In this document: one piece after another, positions 18,740 through 30,290 of the stretch
Numbering within the stretch: the stretch's first letter is position 1
Layout: the number at the start of each line of letters is the position of its first letter
Origin: Clostridia bacterium
GTDB taxonomy: Bacteria; Bacillota; Clostridia; UBA1212; DUPL01
Reading direction: 5' to 3'
Assembly: GCA_050951325.1 (NCBI GenBank)
Contig: JBMNIW010000003.1
Span: forward strand, 256,001-320,000
Length of the DNA stretch: 64,000 nucleotides
Made by a program: the position numbers and the translations under genes
Notes under the pieces: generated by a model
Seen by the model: the letters and a program-made list of their open reading frames with translations, nothing else
Databases searched by the model: none
What the model was told of the DNA's origin: nothing

Positions 18740-18990
18740 AAAAAAACCCCAATCTGATAATCAGCTTAGGGCGAACATTCATAGTCCGTGGTACCACCTA
18801 ACTTCGGTATTTCCGCACTCATTGTACCCTGTAACGGGAGTTCCCGGTGATATTTACTGGAATACCAAGGGTATTCGTTCCAAATCACAGCTCAAAGACG
18901 GGTTCGATATCTCCCTGATTCAGGCTTGCACCAACCGCCTTCTCTCTACAATCACAAGAAATATCTACTGCTTCTCATCAAAGCCATTGA
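18740..18990 (-). ncRNA. T-box riboswitch (Pro specifier)
   Basis: AGTA, AGAGA and GGTGCAA stem I motifs; GAA-CCC specifier (plus 18900-18902); T-box AGGTGGTACCACG (18787-18799); terminator with U run. Confidence 0.93.
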
Positions 18991-19043
18991 TTATTCAATT
19001 ACCAATAATATATACCACAAAAAAATAGTTTAGTCAATAAATT

Positions 19044-19071
19044 AAGGGCATGTCCATAATAGACACGCCCT
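19044..19071 (-). terminator. ppdK terminator
   Basis: AGGGC(A/G)TGTC stem hairpin after the ppdK stop. Confidence 0.65.
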
Positions 19072-19085
19072 GAATTATCTTTGTA

Positions 19086-21707
19086 TTACTTGTTAGCAAT
19101 TGCGGACCTTGCAGCTGCAAGCCTAGCAATCGGAACACGGAATGGTGAGCATGAAACGTAAGTCAGGCCAACCTTGTGACAGAACTCGATGGAGGATGGA
19201 TCTCCGCCGTGCTCTCCGCAAATACCAAGCTTGATATTGGGATTTGTCTGCTTGCCAAGACCTACAGCCATCTCAACCAGTTTGCCCACACCTGTTACAT
19301 CCAGTCTAGCCGTTGGATCTGACTCGAATATCTTGGCATTGTAGTAGTCCTCGAGTATTCTACCAGCGTCGTCACGGCTCAAACCGTAAGTCATCTGGGT
19401 CAGGTCGTTGGTTCCGAAGGAGAAGAAGTCTGCATCTTTTGCAATCTCGTCAGCAGTCAGACATGCTCTTGGAATCTCAATCATGGTACCTATCTTGTAC
19501 TCAACATTGACTCCGCTTTCAGCTATAATCTTGTCAGCAGTTGTCTTAATTACATTCTTCACGAATTTAAGCTCTTTTGATTCACTTACAAGAGGAATCA
19601 TGATCTCAGGAACCACATTCAAGCCTTCCTTGGTAACATTGATAGCTGCCTCGATGATAGCAGTTGTCTGCATGATTGCAATCTCAGGATATGAAACTGC
19701 AAGACGGCATCCTCTGTGGCCAAGCATTGGGTTGAGCTCATGCAGGTTGTCTATTCTAGCCTTAAGCTCGCTTACAGATATGCCTACAGCCTCTGCCAGC
19801 TCCTTGATTTCTCCTTCATCCTGAGGTACGAACTCATGTAGTGGTGGATCAAGCAGTCTGATGGTTACAGGCAGACCATTCATAGCCTTGAATATGCCTT
19901 CGAAGTCCTGTCTCTGCATTGGCAGGATTTCCTTCAAAGCATCCTTTCTCTGCTCTTCGTTGTTTGCAACAATCATTCTTCTGAATGCAAAGATTCTGCC
20001 TTCCTCAAAGAACATGTGCTCAGTACGGCAAAGTCCGATACCCTCTGCTCCAAAGCTTCTTGCAACTTCAGCATCCTTTGGTGAATCCGCATTGGTACGT
20101 ATTCCAAGGGTTCTGAACTCGTCAGCCCAAGCCATAAGGGTTGCAAAGTCTCCAGTAAGCTCTGGATTCTTGGTAGCAATCTGTCCAGCATATACATTAC
20201 CTGTGGAACCGTCAAGGGAGATCCAGTCGCCTTCCTTGTATACATTGCCACTCTTGTCTGTGAAGGTCTTTCCTTCTTCATTTATAGTGATTTCTGAGCA
20301 TCCTGCAACGCAGCATCTTCCCATGCCTCTTGCAACAACCGCAGCGTGGCTGGTCATTCCGCCTCTTCCAGTGAGGATACCCTGTGAAATATTCATTCCT
20401 TCAATATCCTCAGGTGATGTCTCAAGCCTTACAAGTATAACCTGCTCAACACCACTGTCAAATGCATTCTTTGCATCTTCAGCTGTGAAGTAGATTCTAC
20501 CTGTTGCAGCACCTGGTGAAGCCGGCAAACCCTTTGCGATTGGAGATGCCTTCTTCAATGCATCAGGATCAAAGGTTGGGTGCAGAAGTGCGTCAAGCTG
20601 TTTAGGATCAACCTGCATTACAGCCTCTTCCTTTGTGATGAGACCTTCATTAACCAGGTCAACAGCAATCTTTAAAGCAGCCTGAGCGGTTCTCTTACCG
20701 TTTCTTGTCTGCAGAATAAACAGTTTTCCTCTCTCTATAGTAAACTCAAGGTCCTGCATGTCCTTATAATGGTTTTCAAGCTTCTCAGCTATATCCATAA
20801 ACTGCTTGTACACATCCGGATTAACTTCCTTCAAATGAGATATTGGCTCAGGAGTTCTGATACCTGCAACAACGTCCTCACCCTGAGCATTCATTAGGAA
20901 CTCGCCGTAAAGCTCGTTATCACCAGTGGATGGATTCCTTGTAAATGCAACACCAGTACCAGAGTCTTCTCCCATGTTGCCGTAAACCATTTCCTGAACG
21001 TTGACTGCAGTACCCCATTCGCTTGGAATGTCATGCATTCTTCTGTAGTAGATGGCTCTTTCGTTATTCCAGGATTTGAAAACAGCTTCAACCGCATTGA
21101 TAAGCTGGGTCTTTGGCTCCTGTGGGAAATCTTCGCCCATTTCTTCTTTGTAGAGTTCCTTGTACTTCCTAACAACTCCCTTGAGATCTTCTGCGTCAAG
21201 CTCAGTGTCAAGAACAACACCTTTTGCTTCCTTGGTACCATCAAGAATTTTGTCAAACTTGGGTTTCTCTATTCCCATAACAACGTCTGAAAACATCTGG
21301 ATGAATCTTCTATAGCTGTCATATGCAAATCTTTCATTGCCTGTCAGCTTTGCAAGTCCTTCAACAACTTCGTCGTTTAGTCCCAGATTCAAAATTGTAT
21401 CCATCATGCCTGGCATTGATGCTCTTGCACCGGAACGAACTGAAACAAGGAAAGGATTGTTGGGATCGCCAAACTTTTTGCCAACCATTTCTTCAGTCTT
21501 GGCCAAAGAAGCATATATCTCATCAATAATCTCCGGAGCTATGGTTTCATCGTCTGCATAGTACCTTGTACATGCTTCAGTGGTAATTGTAAAACCATTT
21601 GGAACCGGCAATCCTAGAGATATCATTTCAGCAAGGTTAGCGCCTTTGCCGCCAAGCAAATTTCTCATACCAGCATTGCCTTCAGTAAACAAATATACGT
21701 ATTTCAT
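19086..21707 (-). CDS. ppdK: pyruvate, phosphate dikinase
   Basis: LGGKGANLAEM, GGMTSHAAVVARG, FSFGTNDL, GICGEHGG. Confidence 0.98.
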   Translation of the reverse strand: MKYVYLFTEGNAGMRNLLGGKGANLAEMISLGLPVPNGFTITTEACTRYYADDETIAPEIIDEIYASLAKTEEMVGKKFGDPNNPFLVSVRSGARASMPGMMDTILNLGLNDEVVEGLAKLTGNERFAYDSYRRFIQMFSDVVMGIEKPKFDKILDGTKEAKGVVLDTELDAEDLKGVVRKYKELYKEEMGEDFPQEPKTQLINAVEAVFKSWNNERAIYYRRMHDIPSEWGTAVNVQEMVYGNMGEDSGTGVAFTRNPSTGDNELYGEFLMNAQGEDVVAGIRTPEPISHLKEVNPDVYKQFMDIAEKLENHYKDMQDLEFTIERGKLFILQTRNGKRTAQAALKIAVDLVNEGLITKEEAVMQVDPKQLDALLHPTFDPDALKKASPIAKGLPASPGAATGRIYFTAEDAKNAFDSGVEQVILVRLETSPEDIEGMNISQGILTGRGGMTSHAAVVARGMGRCCVAGCSEITINEEGKTFTDKSGNVYKEGDWISLDGSTGNVYAGQIATKNPELTGDFATLMAWADEFRTLGIRTNADSPKDAEVARSFGAEGIGLCRTEHMFFEEGRIFAFRRMIVANNEEQRKDALKEILPMQRQDFEGIFKAMNGLPVTIRLLDPPLHEFVPQDEGEIKELAEAVGISVSELKARIDNLHELNPMLGHRGCRLAVSYPEIAIMQTTAIIEAAINVTKEGLNVVPEIMIPLVSESKELKFVKNVIKTTADKIIAESGVNVEYKIGTMIEIPRACLTADEIAKDADFFSFGTNDLTQMTYGLSRDDAGRILEDYYNAKIFESDPTARLDVTGVGKLVEMAVGLGKQTNPNIKLGICGEHGGDPSSIEFCHKVGLTYVSCSPFRVPIARLAAARSAIANK

Positions 21708-21774
21708 ACATTACCTCCATACATTATTTTATATTTTCCATCTATATCATCAATAAATAATTGATATTGGCATA

Positions 21775-23157
21775 TTAAAAATCAAACTTTCCTTCAAACC
21801 ATGAAATTAGTTCATCAATTGCAACTCTTGTCTGCTCCATTGTGTCCCTATCCCTGATTGTCACTTTGTTATCTTCAAGTGAATCAAAGTCAAAGGTGAC
21901 ACAGTAAGGAGTACCAATCTCATCCTGTCTTCTATATCTCTTGCCGATGCTGCCTGATTCATCAAATTCGCAGTAGAATTTTGTTATGAGAGTCTCATAA
22001 ACCTTGTATGCCTCATCGGAAAGCTTCTTTGAAAGAGGCAGAACGGCAACCTTGACGGGCGCAAGGTATGGATGGAATCTAAGTACAGTCCTTACATCGC
22101 CATCAGGCAGTTCTTCCTCTTCATACGCTTCGCAAAGGAATGCAAGAGTTACCCTGTCAGCACCAAGGGAAGGCTCAACACAATATGGAATGTATTTTTC
22201 ATTGGTTTCAGGATCAAAGTATGACATGTCTTCCTTTGTATACTCCATATGCTGCTTGAGGTCGTAGTCCGTTCTATCAGCTATGCCCCACAACTCTCCC
22301 CATGCAAAGGGGAATTTGTATTCAAAATCCGTTGTAGCCTTGCTGTAGAACGCCAGCTCTTCAGGACTGTGGTCCCTGAGCCTAAGATTTTCATCAGCAA
22401 TACCCAAATCCAGAAGCCACTTGTGGCAGAAGGTTCTCCAGTACTCAAACCATTCCAGATCGGTTCCAGGTTTGCAGAAGAACTCCAGTTCCATCTGCTC
22501 AAACTCTCTGGTTCTGAACGTAAAGTTTCCAGGAGTTATTTCATTTCTGAATGCCTTTCCTATCTGGGCAACGCCAAAAGGTATCTTCCTTCTGGTGGTT
22601 CTCTGTACGTTCTTGAAATTGACGAATATTCCCTGGGCTGTCTCCGGCCTCAAGTAAATCTCTGCCTGGGAGTCTTCAGTAACACCTTGATACGTTTTAA
22701 ACATCATGTTGAACTTTCTGATATTCGTAAGGTTTGCAGAACCACATTGAGGGCATCTTACATCGTTATCCTTGATGTATTGGGCAAGCTGTTCATCTCC
22801 CCAGCCATCCACATTTATTTCCTCGCCCTGTTTATTAGCCCACTCTTCAATAATTTTGTCTGCCCTGCCTCTTGCCTTGCAGTTTTTGCAGTCAATGAGC
22901 GGGTCGTTAAATCCGGCTACATGGCCAGACGCCTCCCATACTCTGGGGTTCATCAGAATAGCGCAATCAACACCAACATTGTACTTGCTTTCCTGGACAA
23001 ACTTCTTCCACCAGGCTTTCTTTACGTTGTTCTTCAGCTCCACACCCAGGGGGCCGTAGTCCCAGCTGTTTGCAAGACCACCGTAAATATCCGAACCCGG
23101 GTAAATAAAGCCTCTGTTTTTACAAAGAGCAACGATCTTCTCCATTGACTTCATCAA
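21775..23157 (-). CDS. glyQS: glycine--tRNA ligase (homodimeric type)
   Basis: [37 protein letters not shown]. Confidence 0.97.
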   Translation of the reverse strand: MMKSMEKIVALCKNRGFIYPGSDIYGGLANSWDYGPLGVELKNNVKKAWWKKFVQESKYNVGVDCAILMNPRVWEASGHVAGFNDPLIDCKNCKARGRADKIIEEWANKQGEEINVDGWGDEQLAQYIKDNDVRCPQCGSANLTNIRKFNMMFKTYQGVTEDSQAEIYLRPETAQGIFVNFKNVQRTTRRKIPFGVAQIGKAFRNEITPGNFTFRTREFEQMELEFFCKPGTDLEWFEYWRTFCHKWLLDLGIADENLRLRDHSPEELAFYSKATTDFEYKFPFAWGELWGIADRTDYDLKQHMEYTKEDMSYFDPETNEKYIPYCVEPSLGADRVTLAFLCEAYEEEELPDGDVRTVLRFHPYLAPVKVAVLPLSKKLSDEAYKVYETLITKFYCEFDESGSIGKRYRRQDEIGTPYCVTFDFDSLEDNKVTIRDRDTMEQTRVAIDELISWFEGKFDF

Positions 23158-23165
23158 ATTTCCTC

Positions 23166-23405
23166 CTACTTAATGCCTTCTTTTTTTCTAACATAGTTGA
23201 CCTTGCCTTCAAGCACTTCATATATGGCAGTTGTCAAACTCTTTCTGTTTTCATCCTTGATACTGTCTTTCATGATTTTGTCCCTGTCAAGTCTGCTTTG
23301 TGAACCAGCAGTTACTTGTCTGGCTCTTTTAGAGACCATCATTACCAGCGTATATCTATCTCCTGACTTATCCAATAATTCTGCAATTGGAGGTTCAATC
23401 ATCAT
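23166..23405 (-). CDS. rpoZ: RNA polymerase omega subunit
   Basis: P.I.ELL...RYTLV..VSKRARQ; follows gmk. Confidence 0.93.
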   Translation of the reverse strand: MMIEPPIAELLDKSGDRYTLVMMVSKRARQVTAGSQSRLDRDKIMKDSIKDENRKSLTTAIYEVLEGKVNYVRKKEGIK

Positions 23406-23423
23406 AACTACTTCACCCTTTCC

Positions 23424-24020
23424 CTAAACAAGATCATATTTCTGCAATATCCCCTTATTTCTGAAACTCCTCCGTCTTTCTGCATGTATGATTTTTCTAA
23501 GTTCGCAAACCGCATTCTCTATCTTGTCATTGACAATTACATAGTCGCACATGCCGAACTGCATAAGTTCATGTCTTGCTGCATTTAGCCTTGCTCTTAT
23601 CTGCTCCTCGGTTTCAGACTCCCTGTTTCGTATTCTGAACTCAAGGTCCTGAAAAGAAGGCGGCAGCAAAAACACCGTAACTGCTTCTTCCTTAAAATGT
23701 TTTTTAATGGCTTGGGCACCAGGCAGAGTAATGTCAAGTGCAATATCCTTTCCTTCCTCCAGGTGCTTCTCCAAGGCAAAAATCGGAGTTCCGTACTTGT
23801 GACCGCAATAAACATCCCATTCTAGAATTTCATTATTGGCCAGCATTGTATCGAATTCATCCTCGCTACGGAAGTAGTAGCTTTTGCCTTCGACTTCAAA
23901 AGCCCTTTTGGCTCTGGTTGTTACAGACACAGAGTATCCTATGCTCTTGTCCTCTTCCAAAAGCCTGCTTAAAATCGAACCTTTCCCCACACCGGAAGGT
24001 CCGGATATGACAATAATCAT
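23424..24020 (-). CDS. gmk: guanylate kinase
   Basis: [18 protein letters not shown]. Confidence 0.96.
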   Translation of the reverse strand: MIIVISGPSGVGKGSILSRLLEEDKSIGYSVSVTTRAKRAFEVEGKSYYFRSEDEFDTMLANNEILEWDVYCGHKYGTPIFALEKHLEEGKDIALDITLPGAQAIKKHFKEEAVTVFLLPPSFQDLEFRIRNRESETEEQIRARLNAARHELMQFGMCDYVIVNDKIENAVCELRKIIHAERRRSFRNKGILQKYDLV

Positions 24021-24289
24021 TCAGGAATAACCTCCTTGTCTTCATCGCAATCGCCTTCGTTGTTAATTCTGGCTGCAATGGTTTCAGGTTGAACAGCGCT
24101 TAATATGACATGATCGCTGTCGGTTATTATTACCGCCCTGGTGCGTCTGCCATTTGTAGCATCAACACACATGGACCTTTCTTTTCCCTCCTGCACTAAT
24201 CTCTTTATTGGTGCGGAGTCAGGACTTACCACAGCAACTATCCTATTTGCAAGCATCATGTTTCCATACCCAATGTTCACAAGCTTCAT
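24017..24289 (-). CDS. remA: RemA/DUF370 family regulator
   Basis: [10 protein letters not shown]...SAPIKR...DAT.GR.TRAVI.TDS.HVILSA.QPET. Confidence 0.93.
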   Translation of the reverse strand: MKLVNIGYGNMMLANRIVAVVSPDSAPIKRLVQEGKERSMCVDATNGRRTRAVIITDSDHVILSAVQPETIAARINNEGDCDEDKEVIPE

Positions 24290-24305
24290 GTTAACCTCCA
24301 TACCA

Positions 24306-25187
24306 CTACTCAATGTTTTGAATCTGCTCCCTGAATTTCTCTATCTCGCTTTTTAAAGCAATCACATTCTCAGTTATTTCAATACTGTTTGTCTTGGAGC
24401 CAATTGTATTCACTTCCCTGTTCATCTCCTGAACCAGAAAGTCCAGAGTTCTTCCCGCAACTCCGCCATCTGAAAGAATATTTCTTCCCTGCGTTATGTG
24501 GCTGTCAAGCCTTGCAATCTCCTCGTCAATATTGCATTTGTCTGCAAACAATGCAACCTCTATAGCAATTCTTTCATCAATCATATCCACAGGTTGCGTT
24601 AGAAGTTCATCAAGTCTCTGTTCCAGCTTCTTCTTGTATTCAATTGGCACCTGGGGACTTTTCTCTTTGATTTCAGCAAAACATTTCTCCATGTTGGCAA
24701 GTATATCCAGCAAGTTTTTAGATATTGCACTGCCTTCTTTTTCCCTCATTTCAACAACATTCAGAAGTGCCTGCTCACAAGCCACACCAAGAATCTCCCA
24801 TATTTTCTCCGTATCAACTTCATCATAAACTATAGTGTAGCTTTCAGGAAACTGTAAAATTGTAGAGGTGGTAACATCATTGTCAAGGCCGAACTTTTCA
24901 GATAGCGCCTTCATGGATTCAAGCAGTGAAACAATCAAATCCTCATTAAGGACAACCGTATTTTGCTGTGTTTTGATATTGTATGAAGTAATGAATATAT
25001 CAACTTTTCCTCTGGTAATATGCTTTTTAACCAGTTTGTGAATCTTTTCCTCAAGGGAAATCAAATCTCTTGGCATTCTCACATTTATATCAATATACCT
25101 GTGGTTTACCGTTTTAATTTCTACAATAAAACGCCGCTCACCATCAGAATATTCACCCCTGCCAAAACCTGTCATGCTTCTTAACAT
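24306..25187 (-). CDS. yicC: YicC/YloC family endoribonuclease
   Basis: [43 protein letters not shown]. Confidence 0.95.
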   Translation of the reverse strand: MLRSMTGFGRGEYSDGERRFIVEIKTVNHRYIDINVRMPRDLISLEEKIHKLVKKHITRGKVDIFITSYNIKTQQNTVVLNEDLIVSLLESMKALSEKFGLDNDVTTSTILQFPESYTIVYDEVDTEKIWEILGVACEQALLNVVEMREKEGSAISKNLLDILANMEKCFAEIKEKSPQVPIEYKKKLEQRLDELLTQPVDMIDERIAIEVALFADKCNIDEEIARLDSHITQGRNILSDGGVAGRTLDFLVQEMNREVNTIGSKTNSIEITENVIALKSEIEKFREQIQNIE

Positions 25188-25277
25188 ATATACCCCCAAA
25201 TATCATAAACACAAGGATGACACAACAAAAAAGTTGCATCTGTAGTATTATACCACAATGTCAAATAAAAACAATAC

Positions 25278-26012
25278 TTAGCATTCAAACTCATATGCAA
25301 TGCAGCTTGTCACATACAAGGAAGCGGTTTCTGTTCTAAGTATTCTTTTCCCTAAAGTAACGGGTATAAAGCCACTTTCTTCAGCTTCACCAGCCTCCTG
25401 CCTTGATATACCGCCTTCAGGCCCAATAAGTACATCAAAACTCAAGTCTTCCTCTTTTTCAATACTGCCAATAAACTTCTTCAAATGAAGCTCATTCTCA
25501 TTTTCATAAGGCATGATTTTAAATTTGCCTTTTGAATGCTTCAAAAATTCCTTGAAAAAAACAGGTGGCAAAACCTCTGGAACCTTTGCCCTTCCACACT
25601 GCTTTGCAGCCTCAAGGGCAATCCTGTTCCACCTGTCCACCCTTTTTCTAACATCCTTCCCCTCAATTCTTACAATAGTCCTCTCCATGATTACAGGAAC
25701 AATCAAAGATGCACCAAGCTCCACATTCTTTTGAATAATTAAATCCATCTTGTCCCCTTTGGGAAGCCCCTGGTAAAGAACAACTTCCACATTCAATTCA
25801 GTATCCATTTTGGTTCTTTTATTAATAATTGCAACAATCCTGTCTTTTAATATTTCATCAATCGTACAATCATATAAAAACCCTTCAGAGGAAATCATAA
25901 TATTATCGCCTTTTGAATGCCTCAAAACATTGGCAATATGATTCACATCACTGCCTGTAATCTCAACCGTATTCTCTTTTATCTGCTCTGGTAGAACAAA
26001 GAATCTTCCCAC
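25278..26012 (-). CDS. rsmE: 16S rRNA m3U1498 methyltransferase
   Basis: H...VLR, EAAKQCGR, IGPEGG, LG.RILRTETA; GTG start after AGGTGA. Confidence 0.95.
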   Translation of the reverse strand: MGRFFVLPEQIKENTVEITGSDVNHIANVLRHSKGDNIMISSEGFLYDCTIDEILKDRIVAIINKRTKMDTELNVEVVLYQGLPKGDKMDLIIQKNVELGASLIVPVIMERTIVRIEGKDVRKRVDRWNRIALEAAKQCGRAKVPEVLPPVFFKEFLKHSKGKFKIMPYENENELHLKKFIGSIEKEEDLSFDVLIGPEGGISRQEAGEAEESGFIPVTLGKRILRTETASLYVTSCIAYEFEC

Positions 26013-26096
26013 TAAAATCACCTGTTGAAAATTGAACAACCTTTATTTTACCAAAAATTCTGCATAAAGTAAAACACGGAACATACGTTCCGCATT

Positions 26097-27095
26097 TTAC
26101 TTTACAACCTTGTTCGCATACTCTTTTAACAACCTTACATACACCTTGTAATTCTCAAGCGACACATCCGGCGGAGTCTGGTGATCCACCCCTATAATTA
26201 CTTTTCCTTTTATACAGCTTGGAAGAATTCTTTCAAACTCTCGCCGCATGGCTTCCTCTCCAAACTTCATGCACATTTTGTCAAAATGTCCTAAAAAAGT
26301 CATCTGCGGCTGTTTTTCTATGTAAAGACTTACATCCACACCCGCCTGCCTCTCAAGAGGCAGCATGCCGTCTGCATCAACTGAGGCATACCAGTCAACT
26401 GCCTCTGTTATGTCTCCGTCACTATCTATGATTACAGGTATATCGCACCTTTTTATAACCGGGATAATCTCCCTGTAATATGGTGCAAGGAATGTGTCAA
26501 ACATGTCCTTGGATATCATGGGGCCCTTGTTGTAGCTCATGTCTTCTGCAAAGGTCATGAAATCAAACCTGAAGCTATTCCCTATAAACTCAAATAGTTT
26601 TTTCAGCCATGAAACATAGTCCTCACACATTTCATGCAATAGCTCATCATTGTCATAGAAACTGTACAGATGTTCCTCTATTCCAAAAAGTTCTCTCGGA
26701 TACCAAAAGAATCCCTCAACGGTGCAGAAATGAACATAATCGCCTTTCTGTCTTGTTTTTTCAAGCCAATCAAAATGCTCCTTGGACACTATTTTCGTCA
26801 CATCGGGAAACATTGTAGGCTTTATTCTCTCATAATCTTCCCTTGACTTCATTATGCCGGTTCCATGAGGCACTGCAGCAGGGGTCATGGCAGTCCTTAC
26901 AGGAAAATATGTCTGAATGCATTTGTCAAGACCAAAATAGTCCTGCAGCTCTACATAACCCGCATTCTCTCTGGGAAGGCCTTCACTTATCCACCTCGCT
27001 ACCGTAAGATGCCACCAGGGAGCCCACTCCATTACCGGCAGCCTGTCTATTTCCTTCCCTCTTATCAATTTCCCTATTCTTTCACTTGCGGTCAT
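26097..27095 (-). CDS. uroporphyrinogen decarboxylase / MtaA-like methyltransferase family protein
   Basis: MT..ER, EDM.Y..GPMIS, DSDG, DHQTPPDVSLENY. Confidence 0.85.
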   Translation of the reverse strand: MTASERIGKLIRGKEIDRLPVMEWAPWWHLTVARWISEGLPRENAGYVELQDYFGLDKCIQTYFPVRTAMTPAAVPHGTGIMKSREDYERIKPTMFPDVTKIVSKEHFDWLEKTRQKGDYVHFCTVEGFFWYPRELFGIEEHLYSFYDNDELLHEMCEDYVSWLKKLFEFIGNSFRFDFMTFAEDMSYNKGPMISKDMFDTFLAPYYREIIPVIKRCDIPVIIDSDGDITEAVDWYASVDADGMLPLERQAGVDVSLYIEKQPQMTFLGHFDKMCMKFGEEAMRREFERILPSCIKGKVIIGVDHQTPPDVSLENYKVYVRLLKEYANKVVK

Positions 27096-27157
27096 ATCAT
27101 TTACTCCTCTTAACAAAACTAAATATATAATATACCCGAAAGAAAAGGAATACAAGA

Positions 27158-28750
27158 CTATCCTTCCAAATCCCTTTTGTTAAACCCTGCAAATCCTGCC
27201 CAAATCAATACAAATGCAATAACCGTTATTAAAACCAGATTTAAAGGCTTCATCTCGTCCACCGGCAATTTGGGAGTATATCCATAAGGGGTAAGTTTTT
27301 TGGTCCATTTGGGCAGCTTTAGCAAATTACCCATATACTCAGTAAAGAAGCAATATCCAAGATACACCCAAACAGCGCTCGATGCTTTTGGCAGGCAACC
27401 TACAAAAAAGACAGCAATACCCAGCAGCAATAACGCAGCAGGCATGTATACAAGCCCGTTAGCAAGCATTCTTCCTAAAGATAGCGGGCTGTCCATAACA
27501 GCACTACCGGAAGACCACAATCCAACAACAGCGGCAAACTGCATAATAAAGGCAAGAATTGCCGAAGAAAACACATAGCAGGCAAGATAGCTTTTTCTTG
27601 ACACGGCTCTTGCCATAATATGCTCGTTTCTTCCCCTTATTTCTTCTCCTCTAATCTTTAAAACCAGCTGAAGTACCGGTACAAGGCCGCACATGGCCAG
27701 AATAACCAGTATCAATGTAATAAACTGTTCTGTCATAGTATAATCAGCATTCTGAGGAAGCATAAGCTTGAACATTTCATTAGTTTCAAAAAAGGAGTCC
27801 AAGTCACCCAACACTGAACCATAGGAAGCGCCCAGCACATAAATACCAACAAGCCATGCAATAGTGGAGGTTCTTGATATTCTAAGCACCAGACCCAAGG
27901 GACTTTGCAAAAATCTTGTAGCATGCGTCCTTCCAGGCTTTGAGGCAACAAGACCTGCTCCATGGTCCCTGACAGAATTTAGATAAAGTGCCACACCAGC
28001 AAACACTAAAGATATTAATACCAAAAGTATAATCATTAACCAGTTATTCTTGTAATATGGATAGGTGCGGTAAGCAACTCCCATAGGCGACAGATATGAC
28101 AAAGCTTCGCTGCCTAAGTCTCCTGCAGCACGCACAAGGTAAGAGACTATCATGAATGTAAAGGAAAATCCTACAACCCCCAGATTGGTCTCAAAAACCT
28201 GGGCAAACAAAGCAGTTATGGCAGCATAACAAAGTCCTGACATACCCAAACTAAACCCATAAACCAGCGAGCCATTAAGACCCATAGTATCTGAATTCAA
28301 AGCAAATATGCCCACTCCTGTCAGTACTGCAATTATCAAATTTATCCCTATGGCAACAACAAAAGTCGAAGCTAGGTTAGCCAATCTTCCCACAGGTTGA
28401 GACATGACAACTTCTAGCCGCCCCAGTTCCTCATCCTTTCTTGTATGTCTGGCAACAAACAATATATTCATTATTGCCACAGATACAATTGAGAACAAAA
28501 GCATTTCATGGGCATACATGATATCTTGTGTGTATGTTTCGCCATAAACAGGCCCAATCATGGCCACCATAGCATGATTTTTCAGTGTCTCGGCCATGAT
28601 GTCCCTTTCTTCCTGCGTCGGGAACATTTCACCAAAAAAGACGGAGAATATTAAAGTCAGGCCAATTATTGAAACAAGCCAGACTAAAAGTCTTATCCTG
28701 TCCCGTCGCAATATAAATCGAATAAGTCTTTTTGTATTGTGTACCAGCAT
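27158..28750 (-). CDS. ABC-2 exporter permease, TnrB3/NarB-like
   Basis: RHTR.DEE.GR.E...S.PVGR, many TM helices, F..RDL C-terminus. Confidence 0.85.
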   Translation of the reverse strand: MLVHNTKRLIRFILRRDRIRLLVWLVSIIGLTLIFSVFFGEMFPTQEERDIMAETLKNHAMVAMIGPVYGETYTQDIMYAHEMLLFSIVSVAIMNILFVARHTRKDEELGRLEVVMSQPVGRLANLASTFVVAIGINLIIAVLTGVGIFALNSDTMGLNGSLVYGFSLGMSGLCYAAITALFAQVFETNLGVVGFSFTFMIVSYLVRAAGDLGSEALSYLSPMGVAYRTYPYYKNNWLMIILLVLISLVFAGVALYLNSVRDHGAGLVASKPGRTHATRFLQSPLGLVLRISRTSTIAWLVGIYVLGASYGSVLGDLDSFFETNEMFKLMLPQNADYTMTEQFITLILVILAMCGLVPVLQLVLKIRGEEIRGRNEHIMARAVSRKSYLACYVFSSAILAFIMQFAAVVGLWSSGSAVMDSPLSLGRMLANGLVYMPAALLLLGIAVFFVGCLPKASSAVWVYLGYCFFTEYMGNLLKLPKWTKKLTPYGYTPKLPVDEMKPLNLVLITVIAFVLIWAGFAGFNKRDLEG

Positions 28751-28759
28751 CTTACCACC

Positions 28760-29653
28760 TTACCCTTCATAATGGCGCATAAAGAGCTCTTCCAATGTAA
28801 TCGGCATGCTTTCAAGACGAACAATCCCAAAATTTGCAATGTACTCCATGACATGCCCAATGGTGTCGGATTCTATCTGTACAAGATACCCTTCATCCTT
28901 TTTTGATAAGCCAAGCACACCATCAATGGATTCAAGCCCCAATAGTTCCTGTCTTGTCTCCACATATATATCAGTTCTCGTCAGATGGCGAAGTTCCTTA
29001 AGAGAACCAGACTCAATTATCCTCCCCTGCCTTATAATACTTACCTTGTCACACAGCTTTTCCACTTCCGAAAGTATGTGACTGGATAAGAGCACACTCT
29101 TTCCTTCGTTTTTTACTTCCTTTACGCATTTTTGAAACACTTTCTCCATCAATGGATCAAGACCGGATGTAGGCTCGTCAAGAATGTATAAATCCGCATC
29201 CGATGCAAAAGCTGCAACAAGAGCAACCTTCTGTCTGTTTCCTTTTGAATACGTTCTACACTTTTTGGAAGGATCGAGGTCAAACATTTCAATAAGTTCG
29301 TCTCTTCTGGATTTTGAGTTGTTTCCTCTCAAACTTACAAACAAATCAATGACTTCACCACCGGTAAGATTGGACCACAAATTCACCTCACCTGGCACGT
29401 ATGCAATGCGCTTATGTATCTCTACCGCATCTTTCCATGAATCCATCCCGAAGATGCTTGCCTTTCCGCCTGTTGCCTGCAAAATACCTAAAAGAATCCT
29501 TATGGTGGTTGTCTTGCCTGCGCCATTAGGTCCAATAAAACCATAAACCTCTCCGCTTTTTACCTCCAGGTTCACCTTGTCAAGAGCTGTGAAATTTCCA
29601 AACTTCTTCACCAGATCTTCCGTTTTTAATATAACCATAAACATCCTCCTCAT
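28760..29653 (-). CDS. ABC transporter ATP-binding protein, TnrB2/NarA-like
   Basis: GPNGAGKT, YSKGNRQKV, ILDEPTSGLDPL, LEELFMRHY. Confidence 0.92.
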   Translation of the reverse strand: MRRMFMVILKTEDLVKKFGNFTALDKVNLEVKSGEVYGFIGPNGAGKTTTIRILLGILQATGGKASIFGMDSWKDAVEIHKRIAYVPGEVNLWSNLTGGEVIDLFVSLRGNNSKSRRDELIEMFDLDPSKKCRTYSKGNRQKVALVAAFASDADLYILDEPTSGLDPLMEKVFQKCVKEVKNEGKSVLLSSHILSEVEKLCDKVSIIRQGRIIESGSLKELRHLTRTDIYVETRQELLGLESIDGVLGLSKKDEGYLVQIESDTIGHVMEYIANFGIVRLESMPITLEELFMRHYEG

Positions 29654-30273
29654 TTATAAAATATGGTTTTCAAATCATCAATGTATTCATAAAACTCGTC
29701 CCACAAGGGCTGAACATCCATCTCATTAAAATTTGTGCCTTTCAGTCTTTCAGTAAGCTCCATCTCATATCCCGATATCATAAGCTTGATATACCTAATA
29801 ACTTTTTCTTCCGTAAAATCACTTCTAAACAATGATGTATCTATATTCCTGAAAAGCTTCCCATACCCAACCCCACTTATTTCCTTTATCCTTCTTTTCA
29901 AGTTCTCAGGCAACCCTTCCATATCGCTGTTCAAATATACATTTGCCATGAAGTTAAAGATATATGGTCTTTTTTTGTACGCTTCAAACTTCACCCTGCT
30001 TATAATCTTCCATTTCTCAAGAAAATCCGTTTCATTTTCATCAATTTTGTCCACATATTCCCTCTTTATATACTCAATACCTTCTTCAACAAGATATATA
30101 TACAAATCCTTTTTGCTGTTGAAATAGAAGAAAAGCATTCCCTTTCCAATACCTGCTTCCTTGACAATCCTGTTGGTCGACGCATTATCATACGTATTCC
30201 TGGAAAACTCGTTGTATGCAGCTTCCAATATCCTCTTCTTCTTTTCCGGATTCAGCTTTAAAAACTTGTCCAC
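29650..30273 (-). CDS. TetR/AcrR family regulator
   Basis: ASTNRIVKEAGIGKGMLFFYF.SK HTH. Confidence 0.92.
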   Translation of the reverse strand: MDKFLKLNPEKKKRILEAAYNEFSRNTYDNASTNRIVKEAGIGKGMLFFYFNSKKDLYIYLVEEGIEYIKREYVDKIDENETDFLEKWKIISRVKFEAYKKRPYIFNFMANVYLNSDMEGLPENLKRRIKEISGVGYGKLFRNIDTSLFRSDFTEEKVIRYIKLMISGYEMELTERLKGTNFNEMDVQPLWDEFYEYIDDLKTIFYK

Positions 30274-30290
30274 CTATTACCACCTCCATT

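Noticed and set aside
18822-19028. 68-aa ORF upstream of proS
   Set aside because: Antisense to the T-box leader.
22249-23148. 299-aa plus-strand ORF and other long antisense ORFs (e.g. 19861-20493, 44871-45458, 58633-59310)
   Set aside because: Shadows of well-conserved genes on the opposite strand, with no motifs of their own.
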